NCBI GenBank assembly: GCA_043228905.1
Contig: JBHGNT010000001.1
Span: 29,016,001-29,080,000 of the forward strand
Direction of reading: 5' to 3'
Origin: Azolla caroliniana
Taxonomy: Eukaryota; Plantae; Polypodiophyta
Length of the DNA: 64,000 bases
Shown here: piece by piece, positions 1 through 12,499 of the stretch
Layout: each line of letters opens with the position of its first letter
How positions within the stretch are numbered: position 1 is the first letter of the stretch
The notes under the pieces: model-generated
Seen by the model: only the letters and a program-made list of their open reading frames with translations
Told to the model about the DNA's origin: nothing
Databases searched by the model: none
Program-made: the position numbers and the translations under genes

Positions 1-972
1 AACCGTTGCTGATTGTTAAACACTATCATCAAAGGTTCAATTAATCTAATTAGTTAGAGCACAAGAGTGTATATGAAGAAAGTGTATTGACATTGTTCTA
101 GGCTTCAAATAAGGGGGTCACTAAATGCACATTGTCCACAACATCTTCATTTGAGGACTTTTTGTAAATCTTAGGAATCTTGTGATTCAGGATTTAACAC
201 ACCTCTTCTCCATTCATGGTTCCATTAAATGGCCTTGATGCGACTACTAATGCTTACACCAATGATGCCATAATAATGCAAATGGATTTTCAAAATATCT
301 TATTTTGAAGTATTTGCTATTCACATATCATTGTGGGCAATCACTTAAAATTTTCTAGTAAGATCCTATAAGGATTGTGCATGATTGGGAGTATTATATT
401 ATAATTGGAACTTGGCATCTAAGTTTGAATGCAAAGAGAACGGAAGGTAAAGGGGGGCAATAAGAATGCCTCACTTAAAAACTAATTGTACTTCAATCAC
501 ACACTTATTTTTCGGATATGCACAACATTATCGCCATGTCACTTTTTTGTTGTCAGCACTTGAAACTAGATGATCACTTCCAATGTGCAATGGCATGCAC
601 ACGATATTTTCATGAATTCCAATTAATTGGTTTGTTTCTACTTTTTGGGCAAAACATGCACTGCCATATTTGAAATCAAACAAAAGACAACATACAAACA
701 TGTTAGACCTTACTTTCATGTTGATTGACATCCATCTACCATTTTACCCTAACACCTATTGATATCCTAATTATTACATTAGTTATTATATCCATTGTTT
801 TACCCTAATATCAAGTTGATGTTCTATTTAAGTTTTTGTTAAGTGCAAGTCGTTAAGTTTGGAAAGGGTTGCACTTTGAAATCTAGTAACATCACATAAC
901 ATAATGCCCCTTATTGGAGTTCAATGAAAATAAAAACTTGTATGAATATGACGTAAGTTGAGTTTTTCTCTT

Positions 973-1041
973 TTATTTATTCCAAAAAAAAACTCCTTCC
1001 ATTAGTTATAAAATTTTACAAATGAGACGATTATGTAGAAA
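973..1041 (-). mobile_element. Extremely 5'-truncated LINE 3' end (same family as the 17952-32295 LINE)
   Basis: The stretch ccaaaaaaaaactccttccattagttataaaattttacaaatgagacgattatgta is identical to the LINE terminus at 17981-18036. It is flanked by the 13-bp direct repeat gagtttttctctt (960-972 and 1042-1054), read as a TSD. Confidence 0.85.
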
Positions 1042-1428
1042 GAGTTTTTCTCTTATTGGATGTATGTGCGACAAATGTGAATGCATGTGCATTTGCGAAC
1101 TATGTCCATGCAAGAAGAGCAAAGGTATTCATTGTTGGACGTATATAGATGAATGTGAATGTTAAAGGTATCTTTGTAAGAAAGGCTAAATTTAGGGCAC
1201 TATCTGCTATGGATTTCAGATTTATCTATGCACCATAGGATATAAGGAACAAGAGTCCTCGAGTAGGAGATAAGCATGTAAGGAAAAGTCGAAACTCTAT
1301 ATTTATTTTTTCAAATATTTACCATAATACTCCTTGTTTTCCAAGACATCCCTACAACACCTCTAGCACTTTCCAATCCCCCAAAATGCTCATCTCTCTA
1401 TGCAATTCCCTCCTCTATATATTATCCA

Positions 1429-1581
1429 AAAAGGTAGCCTTGTTAGTGGTTAAAAGTCTACTACATGGGGTGCAGTAGAAAAGTAGCCTTAGTGATGAGG
1501 TTAGAAGTCTAATGAAATGGGATTCACTAGAAAAGTAGCTTTATTAGCGAGGGTAGATGTTTGTTGCATGGGTCGCACTAG
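1429..1581. repeat. Degenerate tandem repeat, about 50 bp x3
   Basis: Three diverged copies of a(a/g)gtagc(c/t)tt...tag/taa(a)agtct...atggg...ca(c/g)tag. Confidence 0.6.
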
Positions 1582-2099
1582 GGTGCAATCCCAATACGTG
1601 AAATGAGTTTATAGAGAAAGAAGTATTTTGGGAAATACAAAAACGAAGGGTATTTTATACAATGAACAATCGGTAAGTAAAGTTTTAGTTTACTTTTGAG
1701 GGAGATTTAAGGTAAACATTGGTTGGGTTGTGGCGATGCATAACGACAATGTATTGTGCATTATATAAGTCCGATGGTAAGACAAGACATTACATATAAA
1801 ACATTGTATGCTTTCGCAATGTCTCTTTTTTGCAATGATGGTGGGGAATGCATATTTAAAAGTGTAACATCGCACCGCGCTACATAAAATGAGTCAGAAA
1901 AGCACAAGTAGTATTGTATTCACGAAACAAAAGGGCTTTACAATAGGTTTCCAATCAAGGATTTTCAAAGAACAATAATGCTAGAAACGTCGGGGCTCTT
2001 GGCAATGGAGTTTTCAACTAGGTTTCTCAAGAAGAGCAATGCCAGAAACATAAGGCAATGGGCGGGATTCAATATCGGGGCGGGTGTCAATTGAATACA

Positions 2100-2272
2100 T
2101 ATATGGACACCGAAGGCATGTGGGGATGTATGTAAAATATGTATACATGCGGACATGTATGTATATATATGATGGTCGTATGTATGTATATTATGACCAT
2201 CATATATATACATACATGTCCGCATGTATACATATATTACATACATCCCCACTTGCCTTCGGTGTCCGTATA
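2100..2272. repeat. Long inverted repeat (foldback), candidate MITE or small-RNA hairpin
   Basis: Arms 2100-2179 and 2193-2272 are reverse complements with 4 mismatches in about 80 bp. The loop is about 13 nt. Confidence 0.9.
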
Positions 2273-2815
2273 CATATATGGGGATGAAATGAGGCACATT
2301 ATATAAATTATGCCCATGAAGTTGAGGCGGCATGGTGGAGAGAGAGAGAGAGAGAGAGAGAAAGATAGAGGTGCCATAAAAAGGTTGGATAGATAAAGCA
2401 AAAGGAGTTGAGTATTTAAGACACAAAGTACGTGTAATGTATCTATACATAATACGACAACATACATTGTACATACATATAGATACATATGTATGTATGT
2501 ATGTACAAAGTTATTATGTATAAATACGGTGTACATATACATATTTAAAACAGAACGTCTTTGTGTGGTTATTTCGTAGACCTCAACATGATAAGAAAGA
2601 AGATGAGAAAGGGGGTGTGTGTGTGTAATGAATGAATGAATGAATGAATGAATGAATGTATGTACGTAGTAAGTAAGTACATAGTGCAGTAGGGTTTCCT
2701 TTCTTTCAAGTAAGTAGTTACTGAAAGATTTCTTCCCTTCACAAATGTGTTCTTGAGAGAGACAGACAGACTGAGAGAGAGACAGAGAGAGAGACAGAGA
2801 GATATCTTCTGAGCT

Positions 2816-3571
2816 ATGGCTATGGCTTCTTCATTTGTTGATTCGCACAGATCCAATCAATGCTTCTTCTTCTTCCTTCTTCTTCTTCTTCAGCTTGGAG
2901 CTTGCAAAGCTTCTCTACCCTCCCCTGCTAACAGCATAGGCCATGGAAGTAGCAGAGCTAGGCCCCGAATCTCAACCCCAGCCTTTCCTGCTATCACAAC
3001 GCTGTGCAGAACGACTGCATACCCAGAGCAATGCACCAGGATCCTATCCACGCTGCCCCCGAAGGCCCCCCTCACCCGCCAAATCATTGCCGTCTCAGCG
3101 TATGCCCTGCGCCTCACAAACTTCACTTACTCTGCAGTCGTCCGGGACACAGCGAAGCAGCACTCTTGGGATCAATCCCAAATCCGTGGGCGTGGGCCTG
3201 CTCATGGCCATGGCCGTGGTGATAAGCTCGCCTCCGGAGCCTTGCAGGATTGCATCGATTTGATGGGAAACTCCATGGATCAGCTCCACATCTCCATATC
3301 CAAGATCTCTGGCATTGTCCTCCCTGCTCGCGGGAAGGGGCATCAGCAGCAGCAGCAGATTCGCGCTTCCCATGCGCGCCTCATGGATGCACAAGTCTCT
3401 CTCAGCGCCGCCTATACCTTCCAAGACACCTGCCAGGACGAGATTAACGGACACCATGATGCCAGCTCTGCCGCCGCCTTGCTGATCAAGCAGAGCGGCC
3501 CCATCACACAGACGATTGCCGTCGGCCTATCTTTGGCTGAAACCCTGCAGCACAAGATCCTGCACCCCTAA
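2816..3571 (+). CDS. PMEI: Pectin methylesterase inhibitor / plant invertase inhibitor domain protein, secreted
   Basis: 251-aa intron-less GC-rich ORF with a hydrophobic signal peptide (FFFFLLLLLQLGACKA). It has the PMEI four-Cys pattern: C-RTTAYPEQ-C, ALQDCIDLM...DQL, VSLSAAYTFQDTCQD. No PME catalytic domain follows. Confidence 0.88.
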   Translation: MAMASSFVDSHRSNQCFFFFLLLLLQLGACKASLPSPANSIGHGSSRARPRISTPAFPAITTLCRTTAYPEQCTRILSTLPPKAPLTRQIIAVSAYALRLTNFTYSAVVRDTAKQHSWDQSQIRGRGPAHGHGRGDKLASGALQDCIDLMGNSMDQLHISISKISGIVLPARGKGHQQQQQIRASHARLMDAQVSLSAAYTFQDTCQDEINGHHDASSAAALLIKQSGPITQTIAVGLSLAETLQHKILHP

Positions 3572-4712
3572 TGTTGGACACAGATGTTGGATCGCAAAAA
3601 GCCAGACCAGAAGCTCACCCAAATGTCTGATTGGATTCTGACCTTCCATCATCCCATCCCATCCCATCCTATGGATTGTATCGCCACTATCAACAGCCAT
3701 AGCCATAGCCCTAGCCATAACCATAGCCCTAGTCTTTCCTTAAAGGAAATCACCAACACCACACCTTCTTCTTTTTTCCCTTTTTCATCTCTTTATCGTC
3801 CCTGTTTTTGTTCTGTAAAACTAAAAGCTTCATCATTTGTACAGAGTCATTCCTATGTATCAACCTCACAATTTTCTCAAATAGTGTTTCAATAAATTAA
3901 CATAAGAGCTTTTGTGTAAAGGCGAATGAATGTTGCTCCAAAAAACAGCCTTGGCAGTGTGATTGCAGTAAGAAAATATGTCATGTTGTTCATAAAGCAA
4001 GAAATGTGATGGATGCTCATATAACCAAAATATATACAGAGACTTGACGAGTAATGTAGATGGTGATGCAATTGGGTCATGCTTCTCACTCTCTCCCTTT
4101 TTTGGTAGTGTAAAAAGGTAACACTCTAGTTAATCTGGAAGAAGAAGTGTGGTGAATGAATGAATCATGAAAAACCTCTAAACAATTATAATGAAAAAAC
4201 CTCTAATCACTTATAACCAAACTGATCCCCGAGTTTAGCACCACTATTGAGGTTTAGATTAGAGTTAAAATTAGAACTCTATATCAGCAATCACAATGTG
4301 TTGTGGTATTTCGCTAGTGACTCCATTTAGGATAATTTACTTGCAGATTGTGTGTTAGGTAAGAAACCATCATGAATCATGAGGTTGAGTTTTTTTTTTG
4401 TAACACGAGGCTGATTTGATAAGAATTTGTGGGTATATCGATAGGTTTGACACTCATCATCTATGTATTCTTTGGCAGCCTGCCATCATGCAGATTCTTG
4501 ACTTTTACATTCAATGGCATATCTTTTAGTAGAAGCTCCATGTTTGTTTTTGTGAGTCCTCATCTCCAACAACAAGAATGCATATGGTGTAGTCACTTCC
4601 TCTGCTAGGACTTTACATAATAAGTCAGTCCTGAAGTTTTTTGCATTTGATTCTATGTGGTCTCTAAATGCTGGCATCTCACACTTCAATTACATACGGC
4701 ACCTATTGGCGC

Positions 4713-4931
4713 CAACAATGGCCTCATAGAACTAGAGCATGTCTAGTCTCTTGTTCCATATGCTTTTGCACACATATGTTCTCGATTATATTGTTTATGC
4801 CTTCCATATAACATTCTACTCACAACAATGGCCTCATAGTACTAGAGCATGTCTCTAGTTCCATATGTTTTTTTGCACACATATTTTCTCGATTATATTG
4901 TTTGTGCCCCCCATATAACATTCTACTCACA
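4713..4931. repeat. Tandem duplication, about 110 bp x2
   Basis: caacaatggcctcatag...acattctactca begins at 4713 and again at 4823. Confidence 0.85.
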
Positions 4932-4935
4932 CATC

Positions 4936-5110
4936 TTTTTCCAAAACAAAATATCCTTCCATTAGTTTAAAAAAATACCTATCAAGTACAAACTACAAAA
5001 GAGATGAAAAAGAAGAGGAAAAAGGACTATCCCAATGACTAGCCATGGAGGTATGACTACCCAGATTTTAATATCCGTCTATTCTCAATGCACAATCCAT
5101 GATCGCTCCA
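4936..5110 (-). mobile_element. Degraded LINE 3' end
   Basis: Has the tccttccattagtt terminal motif shared with the LINE ends at 973 and 17952 (a close variant occurs at 57199). The minus strand reads IKIWVVIPPW, resembling the W..PP.W C-terminus of the local LINE ORF2s. Confidence 0.45.
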
Positions 5111-5499
5111 TTTGCTACCTATGGTCGATCCATTGGCGCCTCAATGCACAAGTACTTAGAAAAGAGCGCACATCATCAATGTTTTTTTTTTCATTTCTAT
5201 GTAGCCACAAATGTTGATCATGTATGTTTTGTTGGGATCATCATCTTTGTTTTGTTGCTTTCACTAATCACTAACTTTGTGCACAAAAGTCTTGGAGCAT
5301 GGACACTTTATTCTTGAACAATCCTTGATATATATGGATAATGGCATTATCTGGCAAGGGGCATACAATGTAAGTGTAGGAAAGTAGAATAAGGGCATAA
5401 CTATAATAATGATAACCAATCACAACATCCAAAATATAATCTTCCGATGCATTAGTGCATAATCCAAGGAGTTTGTATTTGGGAAAAGTCTCCTTGTTT

Positions 5500-7560
5500 G
5501 ATTGTAGGATGCTACTAAGAGAACTCATCCAAATAGTAACCTTTCAACTTCTTTAGCTAGCATAGCACTTTCTCATGTGGACCGTATAAACCATGCAAAA
5601 GCTAGTTTGGGACTCCGATTGTTGTCATCCTATCCCAAAAATGATATCTTAAAGCTCATGGAGCAAAAAGAACATGCCCACAAATGTCTACTTTCATGCA
5701 TCCTATAGAGTCCAAATTTATGACCTATAGGATCCATATAAAATGGAGAATCTTTGGTTTTGCATGATCCACACATAGAGCACATTATGGACCTTGCAAT
5801 TTTCTTAAGGTTGCTTATATATGTTAGTCAAGAGCATATATACATGCTTAATGCATCCGAGTAGGTGGATATGTCATGTCAAACTTTAACAATTTTGTGT
5901 TAGACTATCAACGGGAATCATTGTGTGAAGCGACCTTCGTTCTTGAGATATCTACTTATTGGATACAATGTGAAGATGTAGTAGTCTACACTAGCTAGTA
6001 TGTGGATGATAACATGTCATGAGCATGTCTCGCTATTTCTAGGTAATGTTCTAAGATCGTGGATTTATTTGATTGCAATATGTTGTAGTTTGATGTTCTT
6101 GATATCCTCATTTTTTGAGTGTATTAGAAGGCATGGATCAATGGGCAACTCAAGTACTTATTTCTACACCTTAGAGTCACCCACCTTTTCCTTAACCATT
6201 CAATTAAGACATTCACCCAATTGGAAGGGAGAATTATTTATTTATTTATTTTGATTGAACACTTCTTCAATAGTTGGAAACATACCATGAATTTGCCATA
6301 TGTTCAAACCAAATCAATCTTCCTCATCATGTTTATATTCAACATCTCCCAATACCACCTTTGGGTCATCACATGCACCCAATATACTCCCAATTTTACA
6401 AATTATGACCAAGCATCCTCTATTTTCCATATTCAACGTAAAATTCAATCAAAGCATTATGGTATAGAGGTCATTTTGTATGTCTCGATCCATGATTCTA
6501 GCATGTATAAACATGTCGTCGTGTACAACCATGTGATCAACACCCACTTTAAGGGATCTCAGCCCTTCGAACAATTTATATGCATCTAATAAGCTTCCAC
6601 ATGTTGCATGCAAATCAATAGTGCTTTATGACACCATCCATCACATAAAAAGAAACGGACTTCTTCCAAATGGAAGGGAGATTTTTATTTTGTTTGTCCT
6701 AGTATTTGGTTGCTACTCTAGCATTAGTAACAATTGCATGGTTTCCTTGACCCAAGATGGTGTCAAAGGAATGGTCTTTTATACCCTTTCCAAGCATCTA
6801 CTTCATATACGAATACTTCTATTGTATATTCATTGAGTGTTTGATTATGATTTCCACTTTACCAAGGTAATTCGAGTTGTATTTATATTCAAAATCATGG
6901 TAATTGGCACAATGTGTGTGTGTGTGTGTGTGAAATTTTGGTTTGTCGGTACATAAGTGTTCATGCATTTGAGGCTCAAGTGGGTTGAATGAAGTGCCTT
7001 GAAGATGCACTTGTGCTTCACAAACTTGATACATATAGGAAATGAGGTAGTTTCTCTTTGAGGGTCGAGTACAAATACATGTTAAAGATGCCTTTTGATC
7101 TCTAGAATATGATGTACTCTTCCATCAAGTTAGGTGTTCAAGTGCGCAACACTTGATGGAGAACGAGTAGTTGAATCTATGGAGAGAGATTTAAGGCAAC
7201 TTTTTGTAATTCGCTTGGTTGGTCGTGGAATAGTATAAAGTTGTATCACAACATTGTGGCATTGATGCTTTGGGCAACCAAGTTTTCTAATAGTGAAAGT
7301 GGTAACTAAGTGTGAAGTTGAATTATGGGCAACCAGTGTTAAATCATTTTCTAGTAGGAGATCGAGAGAGTGAGGTATTTGGAAGACTTCAGATAGGCCA
7401 CCTTGGGTGCCATGGTGATGATGAAAGTGTGGGTGGGTCCTCCAAACACGAGATTCAAAATCTATTGATGAACATTAGGGGAAAGATTTGGTTAATTATG
7501 AGCAACTTAGTCGATAGATTCAAATTTGAATATATTTCAGATAGTCATTCACTTAGATAC
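5500..7560 (-). mobile_element. Highly decayed Ty3/Gypsy pol remnant
   Basis: Minus-strand fragment P*ENCKVHNVLYVDHAKP at about 5755-5810 resembles the integrase C-terminal KIHNVFHVSLLKP motif. There is a weak RNase H-like fragment near 7390-7450. Boundaries are approximate. Confidence 0.35.
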
Positions 7561-7570
7561 GTTGGCGGAT

Positions 7571-7826
7571 AGACTAGAAAATATCGTAAAGAAAACTATG
7601 TGTAAAAGAGAGGAGTGGATTCCCTTGTTGAGTGGATATTGAGGACATAAAAGAAGTAGTTGATGAAGAAGGGAGGGAGCATTTAGAGAGAAGACAAATA
7701 TCAAAATGTAGCAAGACTAGAAAATATCGTAAAGAAAACTATGTGTAAAAGAGAGGAGTGGATTCCCTTGGTGAGTGGATATTGAGGAAAGAAAAGAAAG
7801 TAGTTGATGAAAAAGGGACGGAGCAT
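7571..7826. repeat. Direct duplication of about 110 bp, period 143
   Basis: agactagaaaatatcgtaaagaaaactatgtgtaaaagagaggagtggattcccttg occurs at 7571 and 7714. Confidence 0.85.
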
Positions 7827-8005
7827 GTATGTTCTTAGGCACCTAAAGAGTAAGGTTAGATTTAGTGTCATGTTTGACAGGAAGAAGTTGGACGGATACT
7901 TGATTTTCAATAGGCTGAATTTTTTATGGATGTACCTATAGATATTGTTTCTTTTGAGAGTTCAAAATGTTTAGCCTAAACTAACAAAAAACAATAGACA
8001 GATTG

Positions 8006-8292
8006 TTTTTGTTTTTAAAAGAAAGAAAGAAAGATGCACCTTAGTATATTACTTCAAAACTCTACATAGAAAAAACAAAAGGAGACCTTTCGTCTCACTT
8101 CTATACAAAAGCTAGTACATCTGATCAAACAGATGATGTCATATCTGAACAAGTAGAACAGTACTATCCACTATCCAACATAAAAGAAGGTATAGCATAA
8201 TTCCACTTCGGACCGGCAGTTGTATCAAAAAATAAGTGATGTCCTTGCCATTGGTTCTTAAAGGCCACTTGCCATTACCAGAGAAGGTATGG
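8006..8292 (-). mobile_element. 5'-truncated LINE 3' end (family B)
   Basis: Reverse-complement homolog of 9904-10209 and same-orientation homolog of 55792-56246. It has a 14-bp TSD caataga(c/t)agattg at 7992-8005 and 8293-8306, and a T-rich tail on the left. Confidence 0.85.
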
Positions 8293-9393
8293 CAATAGAT
8301 AGATTGGTTGTACTTAATGGAACCAAACTAGGAGGTGATGTGCTATTCTAGAAATGCAAAGTATAAGAAGCACTTTCTAGTTGCATTGGAATAATCTTAG
8401 AATTCTTGGGAGGAGATTTTTGTAGCAATAAGAAAACAAGATTGGTTAGATTGAGGGATCTTCCAAGAGAAATTAGGTAAGCTCATCAACTTGCTTTGTT
8501 TTCCCTTCGATGACTCTATAGATGTGAGTGACAGAGATAGAGATAAATACTCCTTTTTTTTAAGCATCATGTGTACAAGGATATTTTTTTTTTCACAATG
8601 GAATCTCAAATAATGCTACATGTTTTTTGTGTATTTTTATTTTTTTGTGCCTCATTGGCGACTATTGCAATGGGAATTTAGATAACTCGATTTGAAAGAA
8701 TTATGCATAGCTTGGTAATGTTTTATCAATTACTACTCATAAACATGGATATTCAATGGAAATTATGCTTTAGATTCTCATGAAATGAGCAAAAAGGTTC
8801 ATCCATTGTAATACATCAAGTCAATAATGTTGTAACTTGTAAGTTTGTAACAATAGCTTTAGCCTAAATGTAATATAATATGATTCTAAATGCATTGGAG
8901 GGAGATTCACATAGATATTGTGTTTGTGACTAATTTAACATTCACAGATATTGTTTTCCACATACACTTATTCTCAACAACATAAAAGAGATTCAATATT
9001 GTCACACATTATGAGTCATAAGTCATGATGTGTTCATGGAACTTTTGTGGGGTCTTGAAGGATATGTTATATTTAGTGATTGATGGAAAACCCACTTCAT
9101 TAACTTTTATATATTTCATATAACACAATGATAAGTATATTTCGTACAACACAATTTGAGAAATGCAAAATTTTGGACAACAATATAAGATAACGCACAC
9201 ATACACGTTGGGCTAACAAAAACACATTTTGCATTTTGCTTAGTAGGTGTTGATTATAGCAAGATAATTTATTTTTGTTATTGAAAGGTTCTTCTTTGGT
9301 GTTAAGTGATTAAGAAACACAAGATGTATGCATGTATGTATAGACAGGAAGAACTACCGGCTCTTGTGTATGGCAAAATAATAAGGGGGAATT

Positions 9394-10520
9394 ACTAGAA
9401 TATGCTTATATATGTATTTCAAAATGTATGGTTTGTTATTTCCAACACTACTTGCATATGCCTGGTCAAAGTATCGGTTTCTAGGCATAGGGAAATTATA
9501 ATTAAGTACTTAGAGCCTATGTAAGTCTACATACACATCAACTACTTCATTGGTTGGTATGTTATACACCCATCGTAGCACTATCATGTCATTAGCAATG
9601 CCAATTCACTTGCCGACTCAAATGTAACATTCGTTTGTGCTAGAATAAAAAGCCGAAGACAAAAATAAATAAACATAGAAAAAAGGATATTAAAGAGAAA
9701 GGAGAAGTTTTCGATTTGATCATATATAGAAGAGCAACCATGGAATTGAGACATACGTGCATTCTTTGGGGAGATAAGACTAGAATATGCTTATATATGT
9801 ATTTCAAAATGCATGCTTTCTTATTTCCAAAGCTACTTACATATGTATGGTCAAAGTATCAGTTTCAAAATTCATCGGTTTCTTATTTCCAAAGCTACTT
9901 ACATATGATGATCTACAGGGTTCAGATGATGTTTTGTGGCAACGGCAAGTGGCCTTTAAGAACCGATGGCAAGGACTCCAATTATTTTCAGAGACAACTG
10001 TTGGTCCAAAGTGGAATTATGCCATACCTTCGTTTATGTTGGATAGTGGATAGTAAGTATTGTCTACTTGTTCATATATGACATCATCTGTATCATCAGA
10101 TGTACTAGCTTTTGTATCTTACAAAAAGAAGTGAGATGAAATGTCTCCTTCTGTTTTTCTTATGTAGACTTTTCAAGTAATATACTAAGGTGTATCTTAA
10201 AAAAAGAAGAAGTATCGGTTACTAAGCGTGGGGAAATTAAGATTAAGTACTTATAATTATAACTTAAAAGAATAATTATTTATAAAAACCTATGTAAGTC
10301 GACATACACATCAATTACTTCATTGGTTGGTATGTGACACACCCATCGTAGCGCTATTATGTCATTACCAATGCCAATTCACTTGTCGACACAAATGTAA
10401 CATTAGTTTATGCTAGAAAAAATAAAAAAACATAGAAAAAGTAGAAGTTTTGAATTCTTTCATATATAGAAGTGCAACTATTGAATTGAGACATACATGC
10501 ATTCTTTGGGGAGACAAGAA
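9394..10520. repeat. Tandem duplication of a ~385-bp unit, with the second copy interrupted by a LINE end
   Basis: The unit actagaatatgcttatatatgtatttc...cattctttggggaga(t/c)aaga lies at 9394-9779, and again at 9779-9866 plus 10210-10519. Confidence 0.85.
9904..10209 (+). mobile_element. 5'-truncated LINE 3' end (family B)
   Basis: Encodes YDDLQGSDDVLWQRQVAFKNRWQG...GPKWNYAIPSF*, an ORF2 C-terminus matching 56059-56241. It has an A-rich tail at about 10199-10209 and a TSD aagtatc(a/g)gtt at 9854-9864 and 10210-10220. Confidence 0.85.
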
Positions 10521-12499
10521 TTGTATTGGAGGAGAAAGCAACAAAAGAATTGCGTAGAGAGTTGAGATGATTTTGACATAAGAACCAAATATGGTTTGCT
10601 TTGTTACTTAGGTATTCCATTGAGAATAGGTAAAATTGAATGGAAGAAGTTTGCAACCAAATCATCCACAACTTCCACTTTGGATGAGGCTTTGGTTGAT
10701 TAGCTCGTGTTGTAAGTCTTTTGTGCCTAGTTCATATTTTTCCACAAATCCTATATTACCTTTGAGGACTCATACATAATACCATTATACGTAGTCGATG
10801 TTTGAATTGTTATGGCCAAATGAACCAGTATCACATCTTTAAATAACTATGCATATACTTTTCTTTTGGATGCATCTCTTCAAATGAGTTGCCTACATAA
10901 AATCAATGGCATGAGTTGAAACTACAAAATACATAACATTTGTAACATAATCCACCATCAACAAAGAAACTACATAGAATAATCCAGAGTTAAATTATAC
11001 GATATACAACAATTGCGACATCATCCACCTCAAGGAAAGTATAGTAGATTTCATCCATAAAACAACAAAAAGCAATAGCCAAGTTCCATAGGTAGTGTTT
11101 GCGTGTCCGTCACTTCAATAAGAGGCACACTAGAATCTATATCAAAATAAGTAATAAGTTTAGAAAACACATGACAAACGCAATCTAAGAGATGACATTA
11201 CATTGAGAATCATTTGTATTTCATATGCTTGGAATGGAATTAAAAAAGGTTTATATTCAAATGATAGAAATTTAGTCGTTTGCCAAGCCTATTCAACAAC
11301 CGCCAATATTGGGAGAAAACGTTAACTTGAGGATTTTGAACAAACAACGATGTGGTGGATGTGCTTATGTACACATGTTCACACTCCTTTTCAAGAAAAG
11401 CTTCGTCACAAACATATTATTGGAATTGCACCTCACCATGTCACTTGAAAATGTAATTTTATGCATGGATTTGTTGCAAATAATGTGAAACCATGATTAT
11501 CCAAGAGTGTGCTATTGTCAAGTGCTATCAATCATAACTAATGTTCTTCACTAAAATTGTTAGTCCCACGGACATTACGCATTAAATACCTACAATAGTA
11601 ACTTCACTGATGTTTACGTTACTATACATCAATATAGAGAGTATGCATGAGTCTCATCATCAATACCCATGAGTTTGCAATTCCTTAGATCCTAAACATC
11701 AATGGATATGAGCGTTGCTATTCTTAATAATATTATAAATGATAAATCATCCCAAATTATTAGACATAAAAAAATATAAGCACCCAAATTTTCTTACTTT
11801 CATCAACGTCAAAAGACAATAGTAATATATTTACACATGACTTTAAAATAACCTTTGCCCACAAAGAGATTGTAGAATATATTGCTCAAGTTATGTTGTT
11901 ATGAAATTGGAAATTAGAATCCTTGTGGCAAATTAGCATGTGAATCATTTTAATGTTAGACATTCATAAATTAGGTATCCGAACTTTGGCCCCGCAAAAG
12001 ATGTTCAAATGGAGGGTACTCATATAATAACAACACATGTATATTTACACGACATAACTCATTAGCATGATTGACTATTGGGCCATGTCTCCTTTAAAGA
12101 GAGCATCTATATAGTATACCATTAATAGATATCCCTCAAAATGATACGACAATATATCTACACTTGATAAATACCCATATCAATAATGTTAACATAAGAC
12201 ACCAGAAAATCATCGAGCAACCATATTTTGTCAATTTTCGAAAATGGCCAAAATGGTGGTAGTCATATCATTAAACACATTATAGATGTAATCGATACCC
12301 ACAAGATAATGCTTCATAATATAAGGGGCGGAAAGATAATGTATTATGCGATACAAACTACCCTTTCTAATATTTAGATGTTGTTTGGATCTTCTACACA
12401 TAAGTGGATGGGTATATTTACTCCATTGGAGGGTTTGATTGGAGTAAAAGCCTATATTGGGGAAGAAGCTTGTATGACCTTTGATGTACATGATGATGC

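Noticed and set aside
1965-2856. ORFs of 67-169 aa rich in Y/I/M/C/H/L/S
   Set aside because: They are translations of TA/CA/GA microsatellites and the palindrome, with no coding signature.
10800-12490. AT-rich stretch that looks like decayed coding sequence (similar stretches at 13900-14330, 16900-17840, 34600-35350 and 37000-37560)
   Set aside because: These are probably old transposase or helicase relics, but no motif or terminus could be identified with confidence.
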